Source: an uncultured Acidimicrobiia bacterium (GTDB lineage Bacteria; Actinomycetota; Acidimicrobiia; IMCC26256; JAENVU01). From it: a stretch of DNA of 64,000 nt. The position numbers and the translations under genes are program-made. The notes beneath the pieces were generated by a model that saw nothing but the letters and a program-made list of their open reading frames with translations, had not been told where the DNA came from and ran no database searches. Each line of letters opens with the position of its first letter. The first letter of the stretch is position 1. Location of the stretch: positions 451,647-515,646 of the forward strand of contig CAWFYL010000003.1 of the NCBI GenBank assembly GCA_963820025.1, written 5' to 3'. This document shows positions 1 through 9,993 of the stretch, one piece after another.

Positions 1-1
1 G

Positions 2-214
2 GTGCTGGCGGTCGGGAGCCCGGTCGAGGTCCGGAACCGGTTCTGCTCGGCGTGGAGCGGCGGGTTCGAGGTCGCCGAGGCGACCGGCACCGGGTACCGG
101 GTGCGCCGACAGTCGGACCGCTACGTGCTGCCGGCCGAGTTCGGCGCCTCGGAGGTCCGTCGACCCGCGGCGCGCACGTTCGCATCCCCCGGCGCGTCGG
201 TCAGCACCCCGTAG
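2..214 (+). CDS. Small beta-rich SH3/Tudor-like domain protein, possibly 5'-truncated by the window edge
   Basis: VEVRNRF..W..GFEV.E....YRVRRQSD..LP..F pattern recurs at the C-terminus of ORF 24682-25419. It overlaps the convergent 3' end of the nitrilase. Confidence 0.55.
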   Translation: MLAVGSPVEVRNRFCSAWSGGFEVAEATGTGYRVRRQSDRYVLPAEFGASEVRRPAARTFASPGASVSTP

Positions 215-1107
215 GTCTCCGGTCGGCGGGTGGCCAGGAACGGGAACAGCGCGAGCCAGTCCCGGCGCTGGTCGAGGTCGAGGTCGGCCACCAGCACCGC
301 GGGTTCGTCACGCGGGGCCTGGACCACGACCCGACCGTAGGGATCGCTCACGAACGACGAGCCGTAGAAGGTGATCGGGCCTTCGGTGCCGATGCGGTTG
401 GGCACGACCATGAACAGGCCGTTGGCGATGCCGTGGGCGCGGATCACCTGCTCCCAGAGCGGCTCGGTGTCGAACGCCGGATGGTCGGGCTCCGATCCGA
501 TCGCGGTCGGGTACACGAGCACCTCCGCGTCGTGGAGCGAGTAGGCGCGCGCCACCTCCGGGAACCACTCGTCCCAGCAGGTCGGGAACCCGAGCCGAGC
601 CCGGTCCACATCGACGACGGGGTAGCCGCTGTCGCCCGGCCGGAAGTAGCGGTCCTCGTAGTAGCCCGCGGTGACGGGCAGGTGCGCCTTGCGCGTGCGG
701 GCGAGCAGGGTCCCGTCCGGCGCCACACAGATCGCGGTGTTGTAACCGAGCCCGCCGTCGTCGGGTTCCTCGTAGAGCGACGCATGCACCGGGACGCCGA
801 CCTCCGCGGCCAGTCCGGCCGCGAAGTCGGAGGTCGGGCCACCGGGCAGCCGCTCGCAGACCACGCCCGCGGCGCTCGGCCCCTCGGGCGTCACCGCGAA
901 GTACGGCGACAGGGTCAGCTCCTGGAGGCAGACGAGGCGGGCTCCCTCCCCGGCCGCGGCGCGCACGCCCTCGGCGAGCGCGGCCCGGTGCTGCGCGGCG
1001 TCCGGGTGCCAGCGCTCCTGCACGAGCCCGACCCGCCACGGCGGCCGGCTCGGCGGATCGACCCGGGCCGGCGAGTCCGGCACCGATCCCGCCGCGATGA
1101 CTCTCAC
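121..1107 (-). CDS. aguB: Carbon-nitrogen hydrolase, probable N-carbamoylputrescine amidase
   Basis: Nitrilase triad in CLQEL, RKAHLP and PTCWDEWFPE; GTGA overlap with the upstream agmatine deiminase. Confidence 0.8.
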   Translation of the reverse strand: MRVIAAGSVPDSPARVDPPSRPPWRVGLVQERWHPDAAQHRAALAEGVRAAAGEGARLVCLQELTLSPYFAVTPEGPSAAGVVCERLPGGPTSDFAAGLAAEVGVPVHASLYEEPDDGGLGYNTAICVAPDGTLLARTRKAHLPVTAGYYEDRYFRPGDSGYPVVDVDRARLGFPTCWDEWFPEVARAYSLHDAEVLVYPTAIGSEPDHPAFDTEPLWEQVIRAHGIANGLFMVVPNRIGTEGPITFYGSSFVSDPYGRVVVQAPRDEPAVLVADLDLDQRRDWLALFPFLATRRPETYGVLTDAPGDANVRAAGRRTSEAPNSAGST

Positions 1108-2143
1108 GCCGGCACCGGCTGGGTGATGCAGTGCACGCCGCCGCCGCCGTACGCGAGGACCGCGCCGGGCAGGCCGATCACGTCACGGTCGGGGAAGCAC
1201 CCGGCGATCAGCTCGAGCACCGACGGGTCCGCCGGATCGCCCGTGATCGGGACGAGCACCGCGCCGTTGACCGGGGAGAGGTTCACGTACGGGACGGGCA
1301 CGCGCATCCCCCCGATGCTCGCGTACGGCAGGACCGGCACCTCCGTGACGTCGATCCCGGCCCGTTCGAGCGTCTCCCGGCTCGCGGCCGCGATGGCGTG
1401 GTTCGGGTTCGTGGGGTCGGCGCACCCCTGGAGGAGACACCGCCCGGGGGCATGGAACGCGACCACGTTGTCGACGTGGCCGTCGGTCCCCGCGTCCTCC
1501 GCGATCCCGTCCGCGAGCCAGACGACGGTGTCCGCACCGGTCGCGCGCAGCAGTGCCGTGTCGATCTCCGCGCGCGCGACCGGCCCGGGTTCCGGTTCGG
1601 GTTGAGCAGGCAGCGCTCGGTCGTCACGACGATGCCCTCGCCGTCCAGCGCGACCGCGCCACCCTCACCGGCGATCCCGACGTCGTAGGAGACGAAGCCC
1701 AGGTGCTCCGCGAGCCGAGCCGCGATCGTCGCGTCCCGCCCGAACGGCGTGAACGACCCGCCCCAGCCGGTGAACCGGAAGCAGAGCGCATGCCGGATGC
1801 CATCGCGTGCGACCGCGGTCACCGGACCCGAGTCACGCAGCCACGAGTCGTCGATCGGTTCGGTGACCAGCTCGATCGCGTCGCCGCCGACCTGCGCCGC
1901 CGCGGTCTCCTCGTCCGCGGGGTCGACGACGAGCAGCACGGGTTCGAAGCGGGCGATGGTGTGCGCGACGAGCGCGTGCACGTCACGCGCCGCGTCGAGC
2001 TGACCGCCCCAGAGCTGCTCCCGCCGCGATGACGTGGGCCAGGCGAGGAGCGTGCGCTCGTGTGGGCCGGTCTCCGGCGGCACCCGCGCGCCCTCCGGGA
2101 GCGACGCGAGCGGCTCGGCGGCGCCGGTGGGCCCTTCGGGCAT
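1104..2143 (-). CDS. aguA: Agmatine deiminase (frameshift near 1570-1580)
   Basis: WLRDSGP, GEGGAV, LLNPNRN in one frame; TDGHVDN and GGGGVHCITQ in another; the shift lies in a (CG)n run. Confidence 0.85.
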
Positions 2144-2191
2144 CGCGCGAGTCAACCACGGTCGGCGCGCTTGAAGGTGGTACAGAAGAGG

Positions 2192-3388
2192 ATGCCGACG
2201 AGCCGGGTACCCGCCTCGGCGCCCGGTCCGGTCCCGGGGTCGCCCGAATCCGAGCAGGCGTGGCTCGACCTCTTCTTCGACCTCGTCTTCGTCGCGGCCA
2301 TCCTCATCCTGAGCTCGGAGTTCTCGCACGCGGACGATGTCGGCGAGTCCTGCTGGTTCGCGGGGGCGTTCGTGTCGATCTGGTGGGTGTGGCTCGCGAC
2401 CACCATGTACGCCAACCGGTTCCCGACCGACGACGTCGTGCACCGGCTGCTCACGCTCGCGCAGATGTTCTTGGTCGCGCTGGTGGCGATCGGCGCGGGC
2501 GACGGGAGGTTCGCCCATCCGGAGTTCGACTCGCTCTGCTACGGCCTGCTGACCTTCACGGTCGCGCTGACCTACGCCGCGGTGCGCCCGCACGCCGAGA
2601 AGGCAGCCTTCGCACGCCGGCGCGCGGTCGAGTACACGGTCGCGGCCGTGATCTTCACCATCGCGGGCGTCTTCCCCGAGGGTGTGCGGCTCGGCCTCTG
2701 GTTCGCCGGCCTCGCGGTGACGATCGCGCCCGCGATCGCCCACTGCACGACCGCACCGCCGTTGGAGGAGCACCGCCTCCTCGAGCGGCTCGGCGCGCTG
2801 ACGATCATCATGTGCGGCGAGGCGTTCGTGAAGGTCGCGCTGGCCGCGAACGCCGACTCTCTCGACGGCATCGACGTCGTGACGGTCGCGCTCGAGTTCG
2901 TGCTCTTGTTCGCGGTGTGGGCCACCTACTTCGACGACGTGCCCCGGGCCGGCGCGTCGGAGTCCCCGCGCGGTCGTTCGACCTGGCTCGGCGGTCATCT
3001 GCTGCTGCACCTCGGCATCATCGGCGTGGCGATCGGCGTCTCGCGCTTCGTCGAGTTCCATCCGGGCCAGGACGTGCCGACGCCCGATGTCGCTGCGGTC
3101 GCGATCCCGCTCGCGGAGATCTACCTCGCCCTGATCCTCATCGGCTTCGTGTCGAGGCGCCGGCCGCTCGAACGGCTCGTCCTGATCCGGCTCGCCGCCG
3201 TGCTCGGCGTCGCGGTGGTCGTGGGGGTCGCGGAGTGGGCGACATGGTTCGACACGTACTGGTCGGTCGCCGCGTTCGCGCTCGTCGCCATCGCCGAGGC
3301 CGGCGCGGAGGCCGTGGCCCGGTCGCGCACCGTCGTCCTGCCCGCCGGGTCGCGGCCCGGGGCCGATCCCGGTCAGGTCCGCCGCTGA
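2192..3388 (+). CDS. ltrA: Low temperature requirement protein A family membrane protein
   Basis: WLDLFFDLVFV, ERLGALTII..GE and HLLLHLGI motifs; many hydrophobic helices. Confidence 0.8.
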   Translation: MPTSRVPASAPGPVPGSPESEQAWLDLFFDLVFVAAILILSSEFSHADDVGESCWFAGAFVSIWWVWLATTMYANRFPTDDVVHRLLTLAQMFLVALVAIGAGDGRFAHPEFDSLCYGLLTFTVALTYAAVRPHAEKAAFARRRAVEYTVAAVIFTIAGVFPEGVRLGLWFAGLAVTIAPAIAHCTTAPPLEEHRLLERLGALTIIMCGEAFVKVALAANADSLDGIDVVTVALEFVLLFAVWATYFDDVPRAGASESPRGRSTWLGGHLLLHLGIIGVAIGVSRFVEFHPGQDVPTPDVAAVAIPLAEIYLALILIGFVSRRRPLERLVLIRLAAVLGVAVVVGVAEWATWFDTYWSVAAFALVAIAEAGAEAVARSRTVVLPAGSRPGADPGQVRR

Positions 3389-4248
3389 GGCACGCTGTGC
3401 TCCCAGTCGGCGAGGAGCGTGCGCAACCCGGTGACCAGCGGGATCGGCTGGTCGAGCATCACGTGGTGGTGGGCGAGCGGCACCTCGACCACGGGCGCGA
3501 GCCGCCCGAGCTGCTCGTACATGTACTCGCCGATGTCCGGGGTGACGAGCCCGTGCTCGGAGCGGAACAGCGCGACGCGGCACCGGACCTGTTGGAGGAG
3601 CTCGCCGGTCGGGACCGGGCGATCGAAGATGCGCGGGTCGAACTTCCACGTCCAACCCCCTTCGGTGGTGCGCACCGACGTGCGCGCGACGTGGTCGAGC
3701 ACGTAGGGCAGCGACGTCGGCTGGTCGGGAACGGTGTGGAAGCGGGACAGCGCCGCCTCGAGCGTCGGGTAGGTGCGCAAGGGTCCGAACGCGGCGCCCT
3801 CGGCCGCGGCCTCCTCCTCGGGTGCCCGCCGGCTCACGGGTGAATCGAGGATCACGATGCCGTCGAGCCCGTCACCCTGCTCCGCGGCCGCGGTGATCGC
3901 GACCCAGCCACCCATGCTGTGACCGACCACGACCGGCGAGCCGGCGATGCCCGCGTGCTCGGCCACCGCGACGATCTCGCGCGCCCACGTGGAGGTCGGG
4001 TAGCGGTCGCGCCGGCCGCTGTCGCCGTGGCCCGAGAGGTCGAGCGCGACCACGCCGCAGTCGCGCATCAGGAGGGGCGCGACGTGGTCCCACCAGTGCG
4101 CGTGCGCGGCGCCGCCGTGCACCAGCACGACGCCCGGGCAGTCCCTCGCCCCCCACCGCACGTAGTGGATCCGGCAGCCGTCCACGATGACCTCGTCGTC
4201 CTCGCGGGGGGCGTCGAGCGCGGCTCGATACCAATCGGGTGCGTCCAC
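3373..4248 (-). CDS. Alpha/beta hydrolase
   Basis: LVHGG, DLSGHGDS, GHSMGG nucleophile elbow, HHVMLDQP histidine. Confidence 0.85.
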   Translation of the reverse strand: MDAPDWYRAALDAPREDDEVIVDGCRIHYVRWGARDCPGVVLVHGGAAHAHWWDHVAPLLMRDCGVVALDLSGHGDSGRRDRYPTSTWAREIVAVAEHAGIAGSPVVVGHSMGGWVAITAAAEQGDGLDGIVILDSPVSRRAPEEEAAAEGAAFGPLRTYPTLEAALSRFHTVPDQPTSLPYVLDHVARTSVRTTEGGWTWKFDPRIFDRPVPTGELLQQVRCRVALFRSEHGLVTPDIGEYMYEQLGRLAPVVEVPLAHHHVMLDQPIPLVTGLRTLLADWEHSVPQRRT

Positions 4249-4448
4249 CCGGGCATCGTACGGGCCCGGGTGGTGAACGTCGGGCGAAAGTCCGAACAGG
4301 CGTTCGTCGTGCCGGATAGGGTCGGGAGGGCGTCGCGGGACGCGATGGGGCGGGAGAGGAGCTCGTGGTCGAGATGGTCGAGATGCCGCACGTCGCCGAC
4401 GGGCGTACGGAGGAAGCCGGCAACCGGTCGGGGTCGGGGTTGACCGGC

Positions 4449-5034
4449 ATGGAGAGTCCGCAACAGCTCGCGGACGCCATGCCGATGGTCGAGCGCGCGT
4501 TCGTGTTCGTCGACCTCTGCGGCTTCACCGGGTTCATGGCCGCGAACGGTGAGCACGCCGCCATCGAGGCGCTGAACGCGTTCCGCAACCTGACGCGCGA
4601 CATCGCGAACGCGGCGCGGGGTGCGCATCGCGTCGTGGCTCGGCGACGGCGCGATGCTCATCGGCACCGAGGTCGGTCCGGCGGTGGCCGCCGCGGCCGA
4701 GCTCATCGCGCGCTACGACGCCAGCACGCTGGCGCTGCGTGGCGGCATCGCCGACGGCTGGGCCCTGCTCTTCGACGGCGACGACTACATCGGGCGCCCG
4801 GTCAACCTCGCGGCCCGCCTGAGCCAGGCCGCGCGGCCCGGCGAGCTGCTCGCGATCGGCTACCCACCCGAGACGTTCCCCGCGTGGATGGAGGTCCTGG
4901 GCACGCGCGACCTGACCTTGCGCGGCCTGGGTCGCTTCCGGCGGGTCCAGCGGCTCGGGCTGGTTCCCGGCACCGAGCTCCCGGCGCTGTCCCGCCGGGC
5001 CGGGCCCGAACCGATGCCGTCGCCGCTACGCTGA
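4449..5034 (+). CDS. Stand-alone class III nucleotide cyclase (frameshift at 4608-4609; start uncertain)
   Basis: FVDLCGFT, then WLGDG and DYIGRPVNLAARL in the next frame; removing one A restores TRDIATRRGVRIASWLGDG. Confidence 0.75.
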
Positions 5035-5039
5035 CCGGC

Positions 5040-5819
5040 GTGCTGCTCGCCGCGCTCGCCGGAGCCGTCGCGATCGCCGCGGCGATCCGCTCCACCTGGT
5101 CCCCGTGCGGGCAGTCGATGCTCTCGACGATCACCCCCCTCGGCGAGGCGGGACGCGGGAACCGCTTCCGCACGACCGCGACCTGGTTCGTCATCGGAGC
5201 GACGCTCGGCGGCGCCACGCTCGGGCTCGCCGCCTCGGTGCTCGCGGTCGTCGTCGGGATGTCGGGCGTGAGCACGGACGGAGCGCTCGCCGCCGCGGCG
5301 GTGCTCGCGGTCGCGGCGGCCGTCGCCGACGCCGGGCTGTTCGGCGTGCGGGTCCCGTACCACCGGCGCCAGGTCAACGAGCTCTGGCTCGACGACTACC
5401 GGTCCTGGGTCTACGGCGGCGGCTTCGGGTTCCAGATCGGGCTCGGCTTCGCCACCTACATCATGACGTCGGCGCTCGTCCTGCTGGTCGCGATCGCGGC
5501 GCTGACCGGCAACCCGTGGGTCGCGCTCGCGCTCGGCACGCTGTTCGGGTTCACGCGCGGGCTCGGGGTCCTGCCCGGCGCCCGGCTGACCACCCCCGAC
5601 CGCCTGATCACGTTCCACCGCCGCTTCGACGCGCGGTCCGCCGCGAGCCGGCAGCTGGTCATCGTGGTCCAGCTCGTCGTGGCGACGATCGCGGCCGCCG
5701 CGGTCGGCGGCCCGGAGGTCGCGGTCGCCGTCGGCGTGGTGCTCACCGCGGTCTTCGCCATGGGAGCGCGCCGCTGGGCGACGGTCCGGTCGAACGCCGG
5801 AGATCTCGTCTCGTCGTGA
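5040..5819 (+). CDS. Membrane protein with a conserved-looking Cys motif (MauF/DsbD-transmembrane-like)
   Basis: STWSPCGQSMLSTITP, RRQVNE.WL and GFQIGLGF.TY; about 6-7 hydrophobic segments; start uncertain. Confidence 0.55.
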   Translation: MLLAALAGAVAIAAAIRSTWSPCGQSMLSTITPLGEAGRGNRFRTTATWFVIGATLGGATLGLAASVLAVVVGMSGVSTDGALAAAAVLAVAAAVADAGLFGVRVPYHRRQVNELWLDDYRSWVYGGGFGFQIGLGFATYIMTSALVLLVAIAALTGNPWVALALGTLFGFTRGLGVLPGARLTTPDRLITFHRRFDARSAASRQLVIVVQLVVATIAAAAVGGPEVAVAVGVVLTAVFAMGARRWATVRSNAGDLVSS

Positions 5820-5888
5820 GCCCCGGCCCGGCGACGTCCACCCTTGCCGCGTGTCTCGGGGGCCGACGGACTGATTACCGGACCGCCG

Positions 5889-6335
5889 CTACAGGCGGAG
5901 TGGCTTGATCGGGGCGTTGAAGAGCGTGGGATCCGAACGCCAGTCGGCCGCCTCGACGTCCACGTAGAGCTCGATCTCGTTGCCGTCCGGATCGAGCAGG
6001 TAGAGGCTGTGGGTCACGGTGTGGTCGCTGGCCCCCACGATCTCGACGCCCGCGGCCTGCAGCTCGGCCAGCGCGGCGCGCAGCTCGTCGTCCGTGTCCC
6101 CGACCTTGAGGCCGAGGTGGTACATCCCGACCCGCCGGCCGGCCGGGATCGGCGTCGCGTCCGGGCCGACCTCGATGAGCAGCAGCTCGTGGTGAGTCCG
6201 GCCGGTCGAGAACGCGGCCGCGCCCGGCATCCCGCCCGGGAGCTCCGGGAACCCGAGGACGTCGCCGTAGAACCACCGGGACCGCTCGAGGTCACGCACG
6301 TACAGGACGACGTGACCGAGCTCCTTGACCTGCAT
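5889..6335 (-). CDS. VOC/glyoxalase family protein
   Basis: LGHVVLYVRDLERS..FY, YHLGLKV and SLYLLDPDGNEIELY. Confidence 0.85.
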   Translation of the reverse strand: MQVKELGHVVLYVRDLERSRWFYGDVLGFPELPGGMPGAAAFSTGRTHHELLLIEVGPDATPIPAGRRVGMYHLGLKVGDTDDELRAALAELQAAGVEIVGASDHTVTHSLYLLDPDGNEIELYVDVEAADWRSDPTLFNAPIKPLRL

Positions 6336-6429
6336 CCCAAGCTCCCTTCGCGGCGGGACGACTGCCCCGGCCAACCCTACGACGGCCTCATGTCTTCCCG
6401 GGCCGACCCGCCGCCACCTGACCGAGGCG

Positions 6430-7161
6430 TCAGTGGCCGGGCACCGGGGTGATCGCATCGGTGGCCAGGGTCCGCTCGACCACCCCGCGGGCGACGTCGC
6501 CGAGCCGCAGATTGTGATTGCGGGCGAAGCGACGCAGCGCGGCGAACGCGGACTCGGCGTCGAGCCCGGTGCGCTCCGAGAGCACGCCCTTGGCCTGCTC
6601 GATGGTGACCCGGCTGTCGAGCGCGTGCTGGAGCTGGGCGGCGAGCACCTGGGCCGCGGCCGTCGCTCGCTGCTGCAGGATGCTGATGGTCGCGACGTCG
6701 GCGACCGCCTGAGCCGTGGTCAGGTCGGGGGAGTCGAGCACGCGCTGGGGGCGGGCGAGCAGGCTGAGCGCGCCGATGACCTCGTCGTGCGTGCGCATCG
6801 GCAGCGCGTGGGCCGACGAGAACCCTGCGGCATGCGCTTCGGGCGCGAAGGCGGGCCAGCGCTCGGACGCGGTGCTGAGATCGCTGCAGCCGACCGGTGC
6901 ACCCGTGCGGTAGGAGTCGACCGCGGGACCGTGGTCGTGCTCCACCTCGAGGCGCGAGAGCCGCTCACCCTCGTGGCAGGACGACGCCACCACCTTGGAG
7001 CCCGACCCGCCGTCGACCAGTACCGCGGCTTCGACCGTCTCGAAGAGGTCGACGCAGCTCCGTGCGAGGCCCGAGAGGAACTCGAGCAGGTCGAAGGGCG
7101 CACCGAGCGTGTCGGCGGCATCCAGGAAGGTCCGCGCGAGGCGCTCGTCCCGGTCGGTCAC
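6430..7161 (-). CDS. GAF + ANTAR domain protein
   Basis: GAF region followed by SRVTIEQAKGVL..AFAALRRFARNHNLRL. Confidence 0.88.
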   Translation of the reverse strand: MTDRDERLARTFLDAADTLGAPFDLLEFLSGLARSCVDLFETVEAAVLVDGGSGSKVVASSCHEGERLSRLEVEHDHGPAVDSYRTGAPVGCSDLSTASERWPAFAPEAHAAGFSSAHALPMRTHDEVIGALSLLARPQRVLDSPDLTTAQAVADVATISILQQRATAAAQVLAAQLQHALDSRVTIEQAKGVLSERTGLDAESAFAALRRFARNHNLRLGDVARGVVERTLATDAITPVPGH

Positions 7162-7383
7162 GTCGCTCCTTCGCCTCGTCGGCTCTCACCGTCCCGGCGC
7201 GGGAAACGGGCGCGGTGCGCGCGGGGACTCGGCGGGACCGCGCCGAGGATGCCGCGCCCGGCCCCGGCTCAAACCCTGGAGAGATCTGGCACCCCCGGGC
7301 CTGGGCGGCTCGCCCACCGGCGGGCGCGCCACCGGTCGGCGCGGGTGTTCTTCGTCCGTTCACGCCCGGTTCTCGTACGGCTC

Positions 7384-7399
7384 CCTACGCGCGCGTAGG
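7384..7399. promoter_or_regulatory. Perfect 16-bp palindrome overlapping a -10-like hexamer upstream of the desaturase
   Basis: CCTACGCGCGCGTAGG; TAGGCT at 7396-7401. Confidence 0.4.
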
Positions 7400-7494
7400 C
7401 TGGAGGCATGCGGCTCAGGGGCGCCGCGCATCACCCGAACGACGCAGTCACGATCCGGGGCTGACGTGACCGCAACGATGTGGGAGTCCTCCCT

Positions 7495-8391
7495 GTGCAG
7501 ACTCAGACGCTGGAAGCGGACCTGGAGCCCGTCGTGGCCCGACTCCTCGACCGGCACATCTCGACCGCGATCGAGTGGTTCCCCCACGAGTACGTGCCGT
7601 GGGGCCGAGCCCGCGACTTCGTCTCCCGCGAGGAGTGGTGGGACCCGGCGGACTGCGCGGACTCGGCGGCGCGGAGCGCCCTCTTCGTGAACCTGCTCAC
7701 CGAGGACAACCTGCCGTACTACTTCCGCACGCTGAGCGGCTTCGGCCGGGACGGCGTGTGGGGGGAGTGGACCCGGCGCTGGACCGCCGAGGAGGGTCGC
7801 CACGCCATCGTGATCCGCGACTACCTCATGGTGTCGCGGGCCATCGACCCGGTCGCGCTCGAGCGGGGGCGCATGCAACAGGTCACCACGGGCGTGACCC
7901 CCGAGCTCGACTACCTCCCCGACGCGCTCTGCTACACAACGCTCCAAGAGCTCGCGACGCGCCTTGCACACCGCAACACGGGGAACTATCTCGAGGATCC
8001 GGCGGGCCAGGCGATCATGGCGCGGGTCTCGAACGACGAGAACCTCCACTACTTGTTCTACCGGGACCTCGCCAGCGCGGCGATCGAGCTCGAGCCGTCG
8101 ACGATGGTCGTCGCGATGGACCGCGTCGTGCGCGGGTTCACGATGCCCGGCACGGGCATCCCGGACTACGCGAAGCATGCGCGCCTCATCGCCGCGGCCG
8201 GCATCTACGACTACAACATCTTCCTCGAGAAGGTGCTGCAGCCCGTGATCTTCACCCACTGGCGCCTGCCCGAGATCGAAGGGCTGGACGCCGAAGCCGA
8301 GCAAGCGCGCGAACGTCTGGTGCGCTACATGGAGCGGCTGAAGAAGGTCGCGGCGCGAGTCACCCGGTCGCTGGTGGGTACTGCCTCGTAG
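7495..8391 (+). CDS. desA: Acyl-ACP desaturase (DesA1-like soluble diiron enzyme)
   Basis: LLTEDNLPYY, WTAEEGRH, QELAT and DENLH diiron ligands; GGAG before GTG 7495. Confidence 0.85.
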   Translation: MQTQTLEADLEPVVARLLDRHISTAIEWFPHEYVPWGRARDFVSREEWWDPADCADSAARSALFVNLLTEDNLPYYFRTLSGFGRDGVWGEWTRRWTAEEGRHAIVIRDYLMVSRAIDPVALERGRMQQVTTGVTPELDYLPDALCYTTLQELATRLAHRNTGNYLEDPAGQAIMARVSNDENLHYLFYRDLASAAIELEPSTMVVAMDRVVRGFTMPGTGIPDYAKHARLIAAAGIYDYNIFLEKVLQPVIFTHWRLPEIEGLDAEAEQARERLVRYMERLKKVAARVTRSLVGTAS

Positions 8392-8392
8392 C

Positions 8393-9993
8393 TCACTGCG
8401 GCCGGTTCAGCCGCCGGAACATCGACTTCTGGGCCTTGTAGAGCTTGGGGAACTCGGCGTAGAGGCGGTCGTAGGTCTTCCGGTTGGCGTGGTCCGGTCG
8501 GAAGGTCGCGTCCACCTCCACCAGGTCCCGCACCTCGTCCTGGTGCACCGCGCCGAGCGCGAGCCCGGCGAGGAGCGCCGCGCCGCGGCAGGTTCGCGTC
8601 GACCGGGTCGGCGACGCGCTCGATCGTGCGGTCCAGCACGTCGGCGTGGATCTGGCACCAGAGGTCCGACTGCGCGCCGCCGCCGATGAACCGCAGATGG
8701 TCCAGTCGCCGCTTCGTGAACTGCTCGACCGCGTCGTGCAGCCAGCGGCTGTTGTACGCGACCCCCTCGAGCACCGCGCGAACGAGATGGGAGCGCGTGG
8801 TCGCGAGCGACAGGTTGTGGAAGCCGCCGCGGGCGTACCGGTCGTCGACCGGCGATCGCTCGCCGGAGAGCCAGGGCGTGAACAGGACGTCGTCGGCACC
8901 GGGCGCGACGGACGCCGCCGCGTGGGTCAGCGCGGTGTAGGCCGGAGCGTCGACCGGCCCGAGGCCGTCGTCGGGCGCGATGACCTGCTCCCGCAGCCAC
9001 TGCAGGCATGCACCCCCGGTCTCGTGGTTGTTCGCAACCAGGTAGCGATCGGGCGTGAGGCCGGGAACGGTCGCGATCTGGTGGAGCACGTCGGTCTTCT
9101 TGAACGGGACGGAGCAGCCGATCCAGGACGTGGTGCTGATCGCGAGGTGGGTCTCGTAGTCGAGCACCGTGCCGGCACCGACCGCGCCCGAGTGCAGGTC
9201 GGGGGTCCCCGCGACGACGCGGACGCCGTCGGGCAGGCCGAGGGCGCGGGCCACCTCCGGCAGCACCGTGCCGACGACCGACGCGGTCGCGCGCAGCGGC
9301 GGGAGGCGGTGCGCGGCTGACGCCCGAGCGACGGACGAGATCGGGGTCGTACTCGAGCCGCTCGAGGTCGCGGTTGTCGGTGAGCCAGGCGCCGGTCATC
9401 GACGCGTGGGACGCGGTCGCGACGCCGGTGAACTGCATCGAGAGGTAGTCGACCGGCTCCAGGAACCACCGGGCCGCGCGCGTCACCTCGGGCTCGTCGT
9501 GGAGGAGGTGGAGCATGTGGCCGATCGGGTCCGCCCCCGTCGTCGAGGGCGCGCCCGCGGTGCGGCGCACCCACACGGCAAGGGGAACCGGCGCGTACCC
9601 GGCCAAGGGGCCGGCGATGACCCGCTTCGCGTACGGCGCGCCCCGGCTGTCCATCCAGAGGACGCACTCGCCGACCGGGCTCCCTTGCGCGTCGACGGGA
9701 ACCGTGCTCGACCACTGTCCGGTGCAGCTCACGGCCTCGACCTGCCCGGGGCGGACCGCGCCCGAGGCGATCGCCCGCTGCGCCGCGTCGCGCACCAGGT
9801 CCCACCACTCGGCCGCGTCCTGCACCGCGCCACCCCCCGGGAGGAGGTGGGTCTCGACGGGGCAGTGGTCGCTCCACGCGACCCTGCCGGTGAGCGACAC
9901 CAGGCCCACCTTGGGTCCCCCGGTACCGAGATCGATCGCGAGGACGAAGCGCTCCGCGCGATCCGCGGGCGTCGCCGGGAAGGGGTCGCTCAA
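8393..9993 (-). CDS. FGGY-family (xylulokinase-like) kinase, frameshifts near 9311 and 8588
   Basis: LAIDLGTGG, CTGQWSS, WMDSRG, DLHSGAVG, PWLSGERSP, VLEGVA and GGGAQS spread over three frames; TTG start overlaps the upstream stop. Confidence 0.85.

Noticed and set aside
52-1605. Long Arg/Gly/Pro-rich ORFs from the six-frame track (also 10125-12575, 40891-44013, 56458-58818 and many others)
   Set aside because: Shadow frames of real genes, expected at this GC content; no motifs or start signals.
4365-5819. 484-aa cyclase-membrane fusion and 1244-aa ORF 19472-23206 as single proteins
   Set aside because: The first is a chimera created by the frameshift; the second is a stop-free shadow frame extending the sulfatase upstream.
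7249-7275. SigF/SigB-like promoter for the GAF-ANTAR gene (GGTTT-N16-CGGCAT, minus strand)
   Set aside because: The -10 half matches GGGTAT poorly; not supportable without TSS data.
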